Assembly (NCBI GenBank): GCA_964389675.1
Contig: CAYMEV010000017.1
Span: 1 to 64,000, forward strand
Source: an uncultured Candidatus Sumerlaeota bacterium
Lineage (GTDB): Bacteria; CAYMEV01
DNA length: 64,000 nucleotides
Direction of reading: 5' to 3'
In this document: piece by piece, positions 1 through 10,335 of the stretch
Layout: the number at the start of each line of letters is the position of its first letter
How positions within the stretch are numbered: position 1 is the stretch's first letter
Program-made: the position numbers and the translations under genes
The notes under the pieces: generated by a model
What the model was told of the DNA's origin: nothing
What the model saw: the letters and a program-made list of their open reading frames with translations, nothing else
Database searches by the model: none

Positions 1-1
1 T

Positions 2-1126
2 TTCTGTGAACTCATCAATAGAAGTCAGGCCGACTGAGACAAGCACCGTATCACAGAGAAACGTCTTCTTTGTTGAAGGTATCGGATTAAATTCATCATC
101 AATTTCAGCAATTGTTATGCTCTCAACTTTATCGCTCCCGTTAACACTTACAACTGTATGCCTGGTATATATGGGTACACCGAGCCTTGCGAGTTTAGAA
201 CTGTGCACATAATACCCGCTGCATCTGCTTAAAGCCTCTACCAGGCCTACAACTGTCATGTCCGCCTGAATTGCATGATAGGCTGCAATAAGGCCCACAT
301 TTCCTCCGCCTATTACAAAAATTCTCTCTGACGTTCTGACAAGATCCCTGTTTACAAGTGTCTGAAATGCACCAGCTCCGTAAACACCTGGCAGGGTACA
401 GCCTGGAAATGCAATTGCCTTTTCTCTTGCACCGGCAGTATTAAGCAGCACCTTTGGCTTGATAAGCATATACTTATCATCTTTAGTGATCCCTACCTTT
501 TTATCTTCATATATCGCTATAGCATTAGAATTCAGGTAAACTTCAATTGATGGGTATTCCTCAATCTTTTTTGAAAGCATTCTGCCGATATCAATCCCTC
601 TTGTACCGGCAAAACAGTCTTCAATTGAACCGAAGAACTGATGAGTCTGCAGAACAAGCTTTCCCCCAAGCTTCTCTTTGTCATCCACTATCAGTACTCC
701 TATCTTGTTTTCCCCGAGTTCTATTGCAGCGCTTAACCCTGCGGGGCCGCCTCCTATTATCAGAACATCAACATCTTTCTCAATAATATCAGAAGTTTTG
801 ATCTCCCCTTTTTCAACGGGGAGGTTGCAGGGGTCATCTTCAAGCGATTCAACACGCATGCCTTCCCTGACAGGGGTTATGCATGCTTTCTGAGGCAGCC
901 CGTCCACAAGCACCAGACATTGTGCGCATTGACCATTGGCACAGAATATGCCCTGAGGGCTGTTATCCTTCTTATGCTTCCTGAATGTATGTATACCGTT
1001 TGCAAAAAGTGCTGATGAGATCATTTCATCCTTTTTTGCTTTCATTGGTATGCCATTGAAAGAAAAATCTATAAACTTGTCTTCACCTGTCTCTCTTAAA
1101 ATTGGATGATTTTTGACTCTATGCAT
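2..1126 (-). CDS. [2Fe-2S] + FAD/NAD(P)-dependent oxidoreductase (sarcosine oxidase alpha / dye-linked proline dehydrogenase alpha / HcnA-B-like), runs off the left edge
   Basis: Not in the ORF track. Manual translation from ATG 1126 (GGAGAG upstream): MHRVKNHPIL...GIFCANGQCAQC...KAC (2Fe-2S), VLIIGGGPAG (FAD Rossmann), second VIGGGNVG motif. Open to the window edge. Confidence 0.85.
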   Translation of the reverse strand, partial: MHRVKNHPILRETGEDKFIDFSFNGIPMKAKKDEMISSALFANGIHTFRKHKKDNSPQGIFCANGQCAQCLVLVDGLPQKACITPVREGMRVESLEDDPCNLPVEKGEIKTSDIIEKDVDVLIIGGGPAGLSAAIELGENKIGVLIVDDKEKLGGKLVLQTHQFFGSIEDCFAGTRGIDIGRMLSKKIEEYPSIEVYLNSNAIAIYEDKKVGITKDDKYMLIKPKVLLNTAGAREKAIAFPGCTLPGVYGAGAFQTLVNRDLVRTSERIFVIGGGNVGLIAAYHAIQADMTVVGLVEALSRCSGYYVHSSKLARLGVPIYTRHTVVSVNGSDKVESITIAEIDDEFNPIPSTKKTFLCDTVLVSVGLTSIDEFTE

Positions 1127-1279
1127 TTAACTCTCCGTAAGCTTAGAAATTAATCCTTCAAGTATTGCAGAATTTTCAAATTTTTCAAGATTAAATTTTA
1201 ATTAATCATGGGAATATTAAACCTGAAAATATATCAAAAAAATGCTTTTTATTTGGATTGATTTTGATATATTTAGAAT

Positions 1280-1993
1280 ATGAAAAAGAGCCTGCTGATA
1301 ATTTTATCCCTTCTACTTTCAGCATTGATATATGCATATGAATGGAATTATTCTGACCGGGATTTCAGCTATGAACTAATAGATTACGATCAGGGAGAGA
1401 TATTTATTCTGGAAATTTCTCCAGATAATTTCAACATAGAATTTAATTATAAAAAGGAAAGAATATATTTAGACCAGCTGAATGACAATTCTATCATCTT
1501 TGCAATAAACGGCAGCTATTTTTACACAGACGATGATAATTACGGCATACCTGTGGGATTATTAAAGACATCAAAAGGCATGTACGGCAGTATTAACCAT
1601 AAATATCCGTTCTTTTATATTCTTGGGGATAAAGCTGGCATAGTAAAATCTTCTCAATGGATACTTTCTGAGCTTGATTCTGATATCCTGGCTTTCCAGT
1701 CAGGGCCCATGCTGATATGGAATAATCTGAATATATCCATCTCAAACAAGAAAATTTCTGAGAGAAGCGCAATAGGGATAACGAGTGATGGTTCAATTGT
1801 TTTCTGCATTACAAAGAATGCTTTTCTTGAACTTAATGAACTGGCTTCTTTACTGAGGAAATACGGCTGTGTAAAAGCATTGAACCTTGATGGTGGAGGC
1901 TCCTCCCAGGCAATCTTCCGGCATAAGGATTTCTCATGGCAGTCCAGCGGTTATTACAGGGTCCCATTTTATATCACCGTAAAACCAGAATAA
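1280..1993 (+). CDS. Secreted phosphodiester glycosidase (NAGPA-like) family protein
   Basis: Signal peptide; INGSYF, GPML, RSAIG and ALNLDGGGS motifs. Confidence 0.8.
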   Translation: MKKSLLIILSLLLSALIYAYEWNYSDRDFSYELIDYDQGEIFILEISPDNFNIEFNYKKERIYLDQLNDNSIIFAINGSYFYTDDDNYGIPVGLLKTSKGMYGSINHKYPFFYILGDKAGIVKSSQWILSELDSDILAFQSGPMLIWNNLNISISNKKISERSAIGITSDGSIVFCITKNAFLELNELASLLRKYGCVKALNLDGGGSSQAIFRHKDFSWQSSGYYRVPFYITVKPE

Positions 1994-2033
1994 TATACTT
2001 TATATAATTAATTTTTTTTATATAATAATTTGC

Positions 2034-5000
2034 ATGATAACCCGGATATTTAAATATTTTAAAAATAATGCAGGCAGATTCTTTTCCCGTATAAAAGCAT
2101 ATCTGGTTTTATGGGTTATCCTGTCATTATTTTTATCTCTCATAACAATATTCATACTTTTTGAAGGTAATTTTGATTATTTTATCCCGGTAGCTTTATT
2201 TTTTCTGGCAGGTATTACTGCACTCTGCTATATGCATACAGCAAAAATATGGTCAGACCTGAAGCTTATGGAAAGGCTTATAAACCAGATTACGAACAGC
2301 AATGTCGATTTTAACCTTGAACTAAAGAAGTTTTCCATAAGATCATTAAGGGAGAGTATTTCATTCTTATCTGCTGCTTTCCAGAAGCTTATCCTGCAGA
2401 TCGAATTTACGAGGGAAGATATTCAAAACCTTTCAAAAAAGCTTTCCATAAGCACTGAAGAGATATACAGGAATACGCTGACTCAGAAAGAGACGACTTA
2501 TTATGTCATGCAGTCTTCGACAAAGATTGATGACCTGCTTGATAATATAAAGAGCCAGCTGGCCCTGATTGAGGAAAACACAAAAAATACCCAGGATACG
2601 TCAAAGATCATTGAATCCAATTCAGAAGGGATAAACCGTCTCGTTGAAGAACTGTCCGACATGATAGGCATAGCTGATAGTATCATGATGAATACTCAGA
2701 AATCACTGAAAGAAAATGAATATGCAGTTAATGAAATAAACAGCTTTATAGCCTATACCACCCAGTCTATTGAGGACCTTAGCGATATTGCCCAGGAAGT
2801 GGAACAGAAAGTCGCCTCAACAGTAAGATTTCAGAAGATGGTTTTGGAGGAGGTACAGAAAAGTGAGCATATTATCAATAACTATTCACAGAGCGTTGAT
2901 ACAATAAGAAACACGATACTGTCTACAAATGATACGATTGAAAACCTGAGCTCCGATTCTGACCAGATAAATCTTATTATTGAGGCTATAGAGGCCATAT
3001 CCAAACAGACAAACCTTCTGTCCTTAAATGCAGGGATAATCGCCACTACATCCAGGGAATCAGGGAAAAGCTTCAATGTAGTTGCTGATGAGATACGGCT
3101 TTTGAGTGAAAAGACAGAGCTTTCAACAAAGGAGATATCCCTTATTATAGAAAACATTAAATCTGATATATCTGACAGCAAAGGGAATATAAACAAAAGC
3201 ATCAATATTGTTAATTCTGCCGGAAAGCAAAGCATCGGTATACATGAATCGCTAAGGGAAATTATAGAGCTCTCTAAAAGCAGCATAGTCAATATTCAAT
3301 CCATACAGCATGCTACCATCTCTCAGCTTAAAAATTTTCAGTCAATGCTTCAAATCACAGAGGATATAACAAAGCAGTGTATTGACATTAAATACAAAAA
3401 TTCAGCATTGCAATCAGAATTTGATAATCTTTCCCATGTCACTGACAGGCTTTCTGAGATTGCAAACAGCATTAAAAACGAAATACAGGGCCAGTTATAT
3501 GAAGCCAAGGATATTATGAACCTTATTATAGAAATGAACAATCATATTGAAAATATTATTAATATCAGCTCTGACATCTCAAATCAGAGAGAGAGCATAG
3601 AAACAGCCTTCAAAGAAGTGGAGAGTTATTCAGTAAATGATCTTCACTCATTGAAGGACCTTGCGACAACATCCTTCAACATGCATTCAGAATACAACAG
3701 GCTGGAAACCCTGACGGATTTTTACAGGGGAATGAAGCCTCAGAGGGGAGGAGAGATCGTAATAAGCTACAGTATTGTAGATAATCCGGTTATTGACCCT
3801 GCTTTGCTTGTCAACACTGAAAAAATCATGGTTCTGGCAAATATCTATGAGCCTTTGCTTGAATATTCCTCAAGCTCAGAGATAAAACCCCTGCTGTGTG
3901 AGAGATTCAATATAAGTACAGATGGAAGCAAGATTACATTCTTCCTGAAAAAGAATGTGTACTTTCATGGCGGGGAGCATTTTACAGCCCGGGATGTAAA
4001 ATATACATTTGAAAGGCTTAAACAGGTATATTCGCAAAATTCAAGCAAGCTTTCACAGTTCCTGGGCCCGATAGAAGGCTATGAGGATTTTATAAGCGGG
4101 AATGAGGAAACATTAAGAGGGATCAGGGTCATAGATGACTATACCCTGGAGATAATCCTGTCAAAGCCACTTGTATACTATATTCAGGCCCTATGTCAGC
4201 TTGAGCTGTCAATTGTTCCCTATAAGGAATATTACAGCAGGATCACATACCCGAACGGGACAGGCCCTTTTAAGTTCAAAAAGCTGGCTGAGCTTGATTA
4301 CCTTCTGCTTGAAAAAAATGAAAATTACCATATTCCGGATATCCCATATGTTGATTATCTCAGGTTCCAGGACGGATTAAGGTATAAAGACCTCTTTTCA
4401 AAAGAGGTTCATATAATCCCTCATGTTGTTGTATCTATTACTGATTTTTCCGTATTTATAAAAAGCAGTTCAGGAGTAATAATTGAACCGATTGAAATAT
4501 ATTCAGTCAACCTTGTAATCCTGAATACAACAAGGCCTCCTTTCAACAATCCTTATACAAGGAAAGCCTTTATGCTTGCATTAAACAGAGAAAAACTTAT
4601 AAAGGACATCTTTGCCAACCATAATAAAAAGGCAGAATCCTTCATACCGCCGGGTATCCTCGGCCATGCTCCAAGAAAAGACCTTGCCAGGTTCGATCTT
4701 GATACAGCCAATGAGCTTATGAAAAAATCAGGCATTTCCCTTCCTTTTGAGTGCCCATTCTATATAAGGAAGGGTTTGCACCCGGAAGGATACAAACCAT
4801 CAGCCACAATGAGATTCCTGTTTGATACACTGGAGACTATAGGCATTAAAATCAATTTCCTTGAAGTTGACCTGGAGGAATATAAAAAACAAAGGCCCAA
4901 CCAGCCCTTCAATTACATTATATGGCATGCAGATTATCTGGATCCTGATAACTTTCTTTTTCCGATATTTCACTCAAAAAACATAGATTCTCTCGGCTCA

Positions 5001-5246
5001 AATTCAGGCTGGCATAATCAGAAGTTTGATGAGTTAATACAAAATGCACAGTATATTCATGATGTAGAGAAAAGAAAGCAGATTTACTATGAAGCTGAGG
5101 AGATACTCTTTAATGAAGTTCCAGCCATTCCAATATGCTACAACAAGCATTTCTTTGCGCACAGATATGAGCTTATATGTCCTATAAAGAGCGTCTTTCC
5201 ATATTTTGTACCCAAATATTCATGGTTTTTTCTGAAAGATGAATAA
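2034..5246 (+). CDS. Methyl-accepting chemotaxis-like protein fused to a C-terminal ABC family-5 (Opp/Dpp-like) solute-binding domain
   Basis: Two N-terminal hydrophobic helices, long coiled coil, MCP hairpin QTNLLSLNA...F.VVADEIR; then PQRGGE...IYEPL...FHGGE.FTARDVKYTF...GTGPF...W.ADY.DP, typical of SBP family 5. Confidence 0.85.
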   Translation: MITRIFKYFKNNAGRFFSRIKAYLVLWVILSLFLSLITIFILFEGNFDYFIPVALFFLAGITALCYMHTAKIWSDLKLMERLINQITNSNVDFNLELKKFSIRSLRESISFLSAAFQKLILQIEFTREDIQNLSKKLSISTEEIYRNTLTQKETTYYVMQSSTKIDDLLDNIKSQLALIEENTKNTQDTSKIIESNSEGINRLVEELSDMIGIADSIMMNTQKSLKENEYAVNEINSFIAYTTQSIEDLSDIAQEVEQKVASTVRFQKMVLEEVQKSEHIINNYSQSVDTIRNTILSTNDTIENLSSDSDQINLIIEAIEAISKQTNLLSLNAGIIATTSRESGKSFNVVADEIRLLSEKTELSTKEISLIIENIKSDISDSKGNINKSINIVNSAGKQSIGIHESLREIIELSKSSIVNIQSIQHATISQLKNFQSMLQITEDITKQCIDIKYKNSALQSEFDNLSHVTDRLSEIANSIKNEIQGQLYEAKDIMNLIIEMNNHIENIINISSDISNQRESIETAFKEVESYSVNDLHSLKDLATTSFNMHSEYNRLETLTDFYRGMKPQRGGEIVISYSIVDNPVIDPALLVNTEKIMVLANIYEPLLEYSSSSEIKPLLCERFNISTDGSKITFFLKKNVYFHGGEHFTARDVKYTFERLKQVYSQNSSKLSQFLGPIEGYEDFISGNEETLRGIRVIDDYTLEIILSKPLVYYIQALCQLELSIVPYKEYYSRITYPNGTGPFKFKKLAELDYLLLEKNENYHIPDIPYVDYLRFQDGLRYKDLFSKEVHIIPHVVVSITDFSVFIKSSSGVIIEPIEIYSVNLVILNTTRPPFNNPYTRKAFMLALNREKLIKDIFANHNKKAESFIPPGILGHAPRKDLARFDLDTANELMKKSGISLPFECPFYIRKGLHPEGYKPSATMRFLFDTLETIGIKINFLEVDLEEYKKQRPNQPFNYIIWHADYLDPDNFLFPIFHSKNIDSLGSNSGWHNQKFDELIQNAQYIHDVEKRKQIYYEAEEILFNEVPAIPICYNKHFFAHRYELICPIKSVFPYFVPKYSWFFLKDE

Positions 5247-6505
5247 TGTCGTTTATTAGCAAAAAAACCATCCTTATTCCGGGTAATTATCTTGTCAATA
5301 TAACCGGCCTGGTTTCAGTAATAAATTCCCCAGTTGTTCAAAGGCTTCGTTATGTAAAACAGCTTGGAAATTTATTCAGAATGTTTCCCGGAGCTGTTCA
5401 TACCAGGTTTGAACATTCATTGGGATGCCTTTTCTGGACATCAAAAATCATTGACCATCTGAGGCTTGATGACTATTCATCAAAGATTTTGCGGCTTTAT
5501 TCAGTTCTGCATGATATAGGGCACGGGCCTTTCAGCCATGAGATTGAACCCTTATTAAATGATAATCACAATAATATATTTTTCGACAGGATATCCTCCA
5601 TCAAAAATGAAATAGCCGAAACAGGTGTCGATTATAATGACCTCATTGCTTTTGCCAGAAAGCCTTCTCCACTGATAGACATAGTCAGGGACCGAAATAT
5701 TGGGTCTGACAAGCTGGATTATATGCTTAGGGACTCCCTGCATATCGGATTTATCGGCGCGCCTGATCCCGTTTCGCTGATAGAGAATACACTGATACAT
5801 GATAAACAGTATGCAATAGACGAGAAAGCAGTGGAGGATATCAAGAGATTCCAGATGTTTTATGCATACCTTCATAAAAACGGTTATCTTAATAAAACAT
5901 CCATTATGATAGAAAGAATGTTTTCCAGGTCAGTACAGGAACTGCTTGTTGAGGATCCTGAAATAGCGGATATCATGTGGAATTTGACTGACATCGATGC
6001 AGAAAGCCTTATTCTTAAATCAGACAATTCTGTCTCAAAATCCATATATAATCATCTTTATAACCGCAAGATTTATCTTTCATCAGTCATTCTGAGGCTC
6101 TCAGCATATACATACCAGGAACGTATTGCAAACAAGCCGATTGCAGTGTTCGGGCTGGAGGCCAGAGCAATAAACAGGCTTTTCAGCATATATTCAGATA
6201 TTTCCAGAAACAGGGCACTGGAGAATCAGCTTTCAGGAGTTTTAGGCATTCCTGAAGGCTCACTGCTTGTTGCATTTTCACCCCATTTAAAGAGGCTGCT
6301 TCCGAAAGATGTGAAACTCTACTGCCCTGATTCCTCTGAAATATTATCCCTGGAAAAATCCGATCCACAGCATTATGAAAAACTGAACAGCGAGTATTAC
6401 AGCTCTCTTTGCATAAGGGTGGGTTCAGCACCAAAATATAGGGAGCTCTTGTTCAGGAAGGCAGATCTTATTGCAGATAATATAATTAACCTGAATATAG
6501 ACTAG
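5246..6505 (+). CDS. HD-domain phosphohydrolase (YwfO/SAMHD1-like dNTP triphosphohydrolase family)
   Basis: [34 protein letters not shown] and DKLDY motifs; TAATG overlap with the upstream gene. Confidence 0.85.
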   Translation: MSFISKKTILIPGNYLVNITGLVSVINSPVVQRLRYVKQLGNLFRMFPGAVHTRFEHSLGCLFWTSKIIDHLRLDDYSSKILRLYSVLHDIGHGPFSHEIEPLLNDNHNNIFFDRISSIKNEIAETGVDYNDLIAFARKPSPLIDIVRDRNIGSDKLDYMLRDSLHIGFIGAPDPVSLIENTLIHDKQYAIDEKAVEDIKRFQMFYAYLHKNGYLNKTSIMIERMFSRSVQELLVEDPEIADIMWNLTDIDAESLILKSDNSVSKSIYNHLYNRKIYLSSVILRLSAYTYQERIANKPIAVFGLEARAINRLFSIYSDISRNRALENQLSGVLGIPEGSLLVAFSPHLKRLLPKDVKLYCPDSSEILSLEKSDPQHYEKLNSEYYSSLCIRVGSAPKYRELLFRKADLIADNIINLNID

Positions 6506-7470
6506 CCGGAAGTTTTTTTCAGAAGTTCAAGATCCGAGTCGACCATCATCTTTACCAGCTCCTCGAAACTTATTTCCGGAGACCATCCAAGCCTTTCCTT
6601 TGCCTTTTTTGGATTTCCAATAAGGTAATCGACCTCAGCAGGCCTGAAGAATCTTTTATCCACTTTTACATACTTTTGCCAGTCTAAACCAATGTGTTCG
6701 AAGGCTATCTCGACAAATTCCTTGACGCTGTGGCTTTCTCCCGTTGAGATAACATAATCATCCGGTTTTTCGTAATTCAGCATCAGGTGCATTGCTTTAA
6801 TATAATCCCCTGCATAGCCCCAATCCCTCTTGGCTTCAAGATTGCCAAGCGGGAGATCTTCTGCAAGTCCCATTTTTATCATAGCTGTGTGGTATGATAT
6901 TTTTCTGGTAACAAATTCAAGCCCCCTTCTTGGTGACTCATGATTGAACAGGATTCCTGAGCATCCAAATATACCGTAGCTTTCCCTGTAGTTTACTGTT
7001 ATGTAATGTCCATATGCCTTTGCAACCCCATAGGGGCTTCGAGGATAGAAGGGGGTATTCTCTGTCTGGGGTACTTCTCTTACTTTACCGTACATTTCGC
7101 TTGAAGAAGCCTGATAAAACCTTATTTTCGGGTTTACTATGCGGATAGCTTCAAGCATTCTTGTAACACCAACTGCAGTAAATTCAGCTGTAAGCACCGG
7201 CTGGTTCCAGGATGTAGGAACAAATGACATCGCTGCAAGATTATACACCTCGTCAGGATCTGCTTCCTCAATTGCATTTATAAGTGAGAGCTGATCAAGC
7301 AGGTCCCCCTGAAGGATATTCAGCTTTGACTTTATATGTTCAATCCTGTGAAATGTCTCAGTGCTGGCCCTTCTTACCATGCCAAAGACCTTATAACCCT
7401 TCTCAAGAAGGTATTCAGCCAGATATGAGCCGTCCTGTCCGGTAATTCCTGTGATTAATGCTGTGGGCAT
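6502..7470 (-). CDS. gmd: GDP-mannose 4,6-dehydratase
   Basis: [47 protein letters not shown]. Confidence 0.95.
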   Translation of the reverse strand: MPTALITGITGQDGSYLAEYLLEKGYKVFGMVRRASTETFHRIEHIKSKLNILQGDLLDQLSLINAIEEADPDEVYNLAAMSFVPTSWNQPVLTAEFTAVGVTRMLEAIRIVNPKIRFYQASSSEMYGKVREVPQTENTPFYPRSPYGVAKAYGHYITVNYRESYGIFGCSGILFNHESPRRGLEFVTRKISYHTAMIKMGLAEDLPLGNLEAKRDWGYAGDYIKAMHLMLNYEKPDDYVISTGESHSVKEFVEIAFEHIGLDWQKYVKVDKRFFRPAEVDYLIGNPKKAKERLGWSPEISFEELVKMMVDSDLELLKKTSG

Positions 7471-7478
7471 ATATCTAC

Positions 7479-7763
7479 CTATTCAGCTTTTTTTCTGGTT
7501 TTGGTCTTTTTTTCTGAAGGTTTTTCAAGTTTCTGCAAAAGGCTGTTAAGCCTGTTTATTCTCCTCTTGACCCTTCTTAATCTTTTTTTATAGTGTATAG
7601 GAGTAATAAGGATTTCCTTTTCTTCTCCGGTTTCAGGATTTTTTACCTTCTTTCTGGTTTCAGTATTCTCCTGCACCAGAATCTTAAGTTTTTTCTCCCT
7701 GTTCATATTCCTTCTTAACAATGCCTGTAAAACTCCTAAATCATGCTTCTGCTTCATTAGCAA
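7479..7763 (-). CDS. Small basic hypothetical protein
   Basis: Lys/Arg-rich 94 aa ORF; AGGAGG RBS and a TTGACA-like promoter upstream; abuts gmd. Confidence 0.6.
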   Translation of the reverse strand: MLMKQKHDLGVLQALLRRNMNREKKLKILVQENTETRKKVKNPETGEEKEILITPIHYKKRLRRVKRRINRLNSLLQKLEKPSEKKTKTRKKAE

Positions 7764-7863
7764 CCAATCCTCCTAAGATTAAAGATTAAACTATTTATCA
7801 ATAAATCTGGTTTTCTGTCAATAAAAATTCATTTTTATCGATACTTCCACAAAATAAAAGCCT

Positions 7864-9357
7864 TTAGACGACTGGTATAGGATACTGGCTGTTAAAACAC
7901 GCAATGCAGAACTTTTTCTCATAATCCGGTATTTCAAGTGCTTCAAACATCTCTTCTACAGTAAGATACCTCAGGCTTGAGGCTTCTCTTTTACTTATTC
8001 TGTTTTTTATTGTGCTGTAGAACCTTTTCATATCCCCATTCCTGATCATCTCCTCAAATGAATTGGCAATAAGAGTGCTTTTATCCCTGGTTTCAACTCC
8101 ATAATGGCACCCGTAGGTATATGGAGGCGAAGGGATTCTCACATGGACCTCCTCTGCCCCCGCATTCCAGAGCTTGTCTACCACCCAGCCAGTGGTAAGG
8201 CCCCTCACTATTGAATCATCAACGACAACGACTCTCTTGCCGGCAATTATATCCTTCAGGAAATTATACTTCTTATGCGCTGATTTCTGCCTTTTAGAAA
8301 GGCTGCTTTCAATAAATGTACGCATTCCTCTCAGCCTGGGGTTTTCTATAATACCGATGCCCAGGGGAAAATCCCCCGCATTGCTGTAGCCTATGGCTCC
8401 AGGGATCCCTCCCTTTGGCACAGGGATTACGAGGTCAACATCAAAGCCATTCTGGATATCCTTTTTAGCAAGTGCTGCACCAAGTTTCTGCCTGCAGTTC
8501 TGGAAGCTCCTTCCTTCTTTTATAAAATGAGGCGCAATAGAGTCAGGCCTTGAAAAATATATATATTCAAAAACACAGAATGCCTTTTTCTCAGGTTTCA
8601 TATCATGGCAAATATCAAGGCCTTCCCTGGAAACCCTTAATATTGACCCGGGCGGTACTTCTCCCATTATTCCCTTCTCTTCATCGATATACAGCTCAGC
8701 GTCAATTGACTGCAGGGCACAGGTTTCAGAAGCAAAGCAGAAATGCCCGTCCTTTTTACCGATGTAAAAAGGCCTTATCCCCAGCGGGTCCCTGAAGGCA
8801 TATAGACTCTGCTCAAACTCAGTCATCAGCAAGGCTGAATAGCTCCCCTTTATCTCAATCATGGCTTCCTTGATGCTTTCAACCAGGTTCATCTTGCCTT
8901 CATAAATTTTTGAATGTATATATGCACATATTATCTCAGCATCGTTTTCAGAATATATCCTTACTTTATTGTCCAGCAGGATTTTTTCAAGTTCTCTGAT
9001 ATTGACGATGTCTCCATTACTTACCATTGCCATCTTGCCGGAAAGGCTCTGGGTATAATGAGGCTGAACATTCCTTTCTGAATCATCGCCCTGGGTAGGC
9101 CACCTTACATGTGCAATAAATGCATCACCTGCAAGATTATGGACTTCAGGCGTGTTCATCACTTCATCTACAAGGCCCTTGTCCTTCTTTATCCTGATTT
9201 TCCTGCCCTTCATTGCTGAGACCTCCCTGCAGCTGTCGTTAAACTGATAGGCAGCTATTCCTGTAGCATCCTGCCCTCTGTGCTGAAGGCTGCTTATACC
9301 CTCAATGGTGAGCAGCTTTCCGTCAGGATGACCAAATATACCAAATATACCGCACAT
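7864..9357 (-). CDS. purF: Amidophosphoribosyltransferase
   Basis: N-terminal MCGI, LQHRGQD, NG oxyanion motif, CVFEYIYFSRPDS, VVVDDSIVRG PRPP loop, C-terminal FCIACF. Confidence 0.93.
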   Translation of the reverse strand: MCGIFGIFGHPDGKLLTIEGISSLQHRGQDATGIAAYQFNDSCREVSAMKGRKIRIKKDKGLVDEVMNTPEVHNLAGDAFIAHVRWPTQGDDSERNVQPHYTQSLSGKMAMVSNGDIVNIRELEKILLDNKVRIYSENDAEIICAYIHSKIYEGKMNLVESIKEAMIEIKGSYSALLMTEFEQSLYAFRDPLGIRPFYIGKKDGHFCFASETCALQSIDAELYIDEEKGIMGEVPPGSILRVSREGLDICHDMKPEKKAFCVFEYIYFSRPDSIAPHFIKEGRSFQNCRQKLGAALAKKDIQNGFDVDLVIPVPKGGIPGAIGYSNAGDFPLGIGIIENPRLRGMRTFIESSLSKRQKSAHKKYNFLKDIIAGKRVVVVDDSIVRGLTTGWVVDKLWNAGAEEVHVRIPSPPYTYGCHYGVETRDKSTLIANSFEEMIRNGDMKRFYSTIKNRISKREASSLRYLTVEEMFEALEIPDYEKKFCIACFNSQYPIPVV

Positions 9358-9478
9358 AGCAAACTCCTAAAATATCATGAGTTTTATCAAGAAGAGGAAA
9401 AGATATCAAAAATAAGCAAAAAGTCAATAAATGTTTTATTGAGCCAGGAAAACCTGAGTTATAGATATATTCAGCAGT

Positions 9479-10243
9479 TTAAGCCGGGTATGAAGAAAGC
9501 CTTTTTATGAATACAATGCTTATTAGGCCAAATTCATCAGCTAATTTTTCAGCAAATCCATAGTCTGCAGCCAGATCCTCCACCTTATGGGTATCAGCAC
9601 CTATGGTGATCTTCAGGCCGCCTGCCTTCCTGTAAAGGCTGAGTAATTTCCTGCCAGGCATTGTATCTGTCAGTCCCCTTCTCAATGATGATGTATTAAT
9701 CTCAAGTGCAATGTCATTTTTAAGCATATTTTTAAAGATATCATTCATCTGATCTGCTGACCAGATGCTTTCCTGCAAATATCTCTTTGGATAATCAATA
9801 TGGGCCAAAGAGTCGAATCCTCCATATGTTACAGCTTTATAGACCTCCTCCCAGTATTTTTCATATAATATTTCCAGGGATGGCTTATTTCCAGATTTGC
9901 TCAGGCAACTCATATCTTTACCCCAGTAATGAACGCTTCCCAGAATAAAATCATATGGTTTTTTCCTAAGTTCATCAAACTCCCTTTTATAGATGTGAGG
10001 TTCTGAAAACTCTATACCGCATAAAATTCCAAGATCAGCCCCATATCTTTCCCTGATCTCATAAAATTTCTCAAAAAAGGCCTGAGAATTATAATAGCCA
10101 TAACCGGGATCTTTTCTGTTAAAATCCACATGATCAGTAAAGCAGACATATTGAAGCCCTTTTTCCAGAGCTTTCTTGCAGTAGTCCTCCATTTTTACAT
10201 CGGAATCTACTGAATAATTTGTATGGACATGAAGGTCTATCAT
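9479..10243 (-). CDS. PHP-family phosphatase (histidinol-phosphatase HisJ/HisK-like)
   Basis: DLHVHT, TDH, GIE, GSVH, AHID, EINTS and ADTH metal-ligand motifs. Confidence 0.85.
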   Translation of the reverse strand: MIDLHVHTNYSVDSDVKMEDYCKKALEKGLQYVCFTDHVDFNRKDPGYGYYNSQAFFEKFYEIRERYGADLGILCGIEFSEPHIYKREFDELRKKPYDFILGSVHYWGKDMSCLSKSGNKPSLEILYEKYWEEVYKAVTYGGFDSLAHIDYPKRYLQESIWSADQMNDIFKNMLKNDIALEINTSSLRRGLTDTMPGRKLLSLYRKAGGLKITIGADTHKVEDLAADYGFAEKLADEFGLISIVFIKRLSSYPA

Positions 10244-10335
10244 CTGCTTCCTCAGAAAACCTGGCGCTATAAATAAAAAAGAAGGAATGTTAAAAACAAC
10301 AGCATATAAATCGAAATGAAGATCTTTTTATCTCC

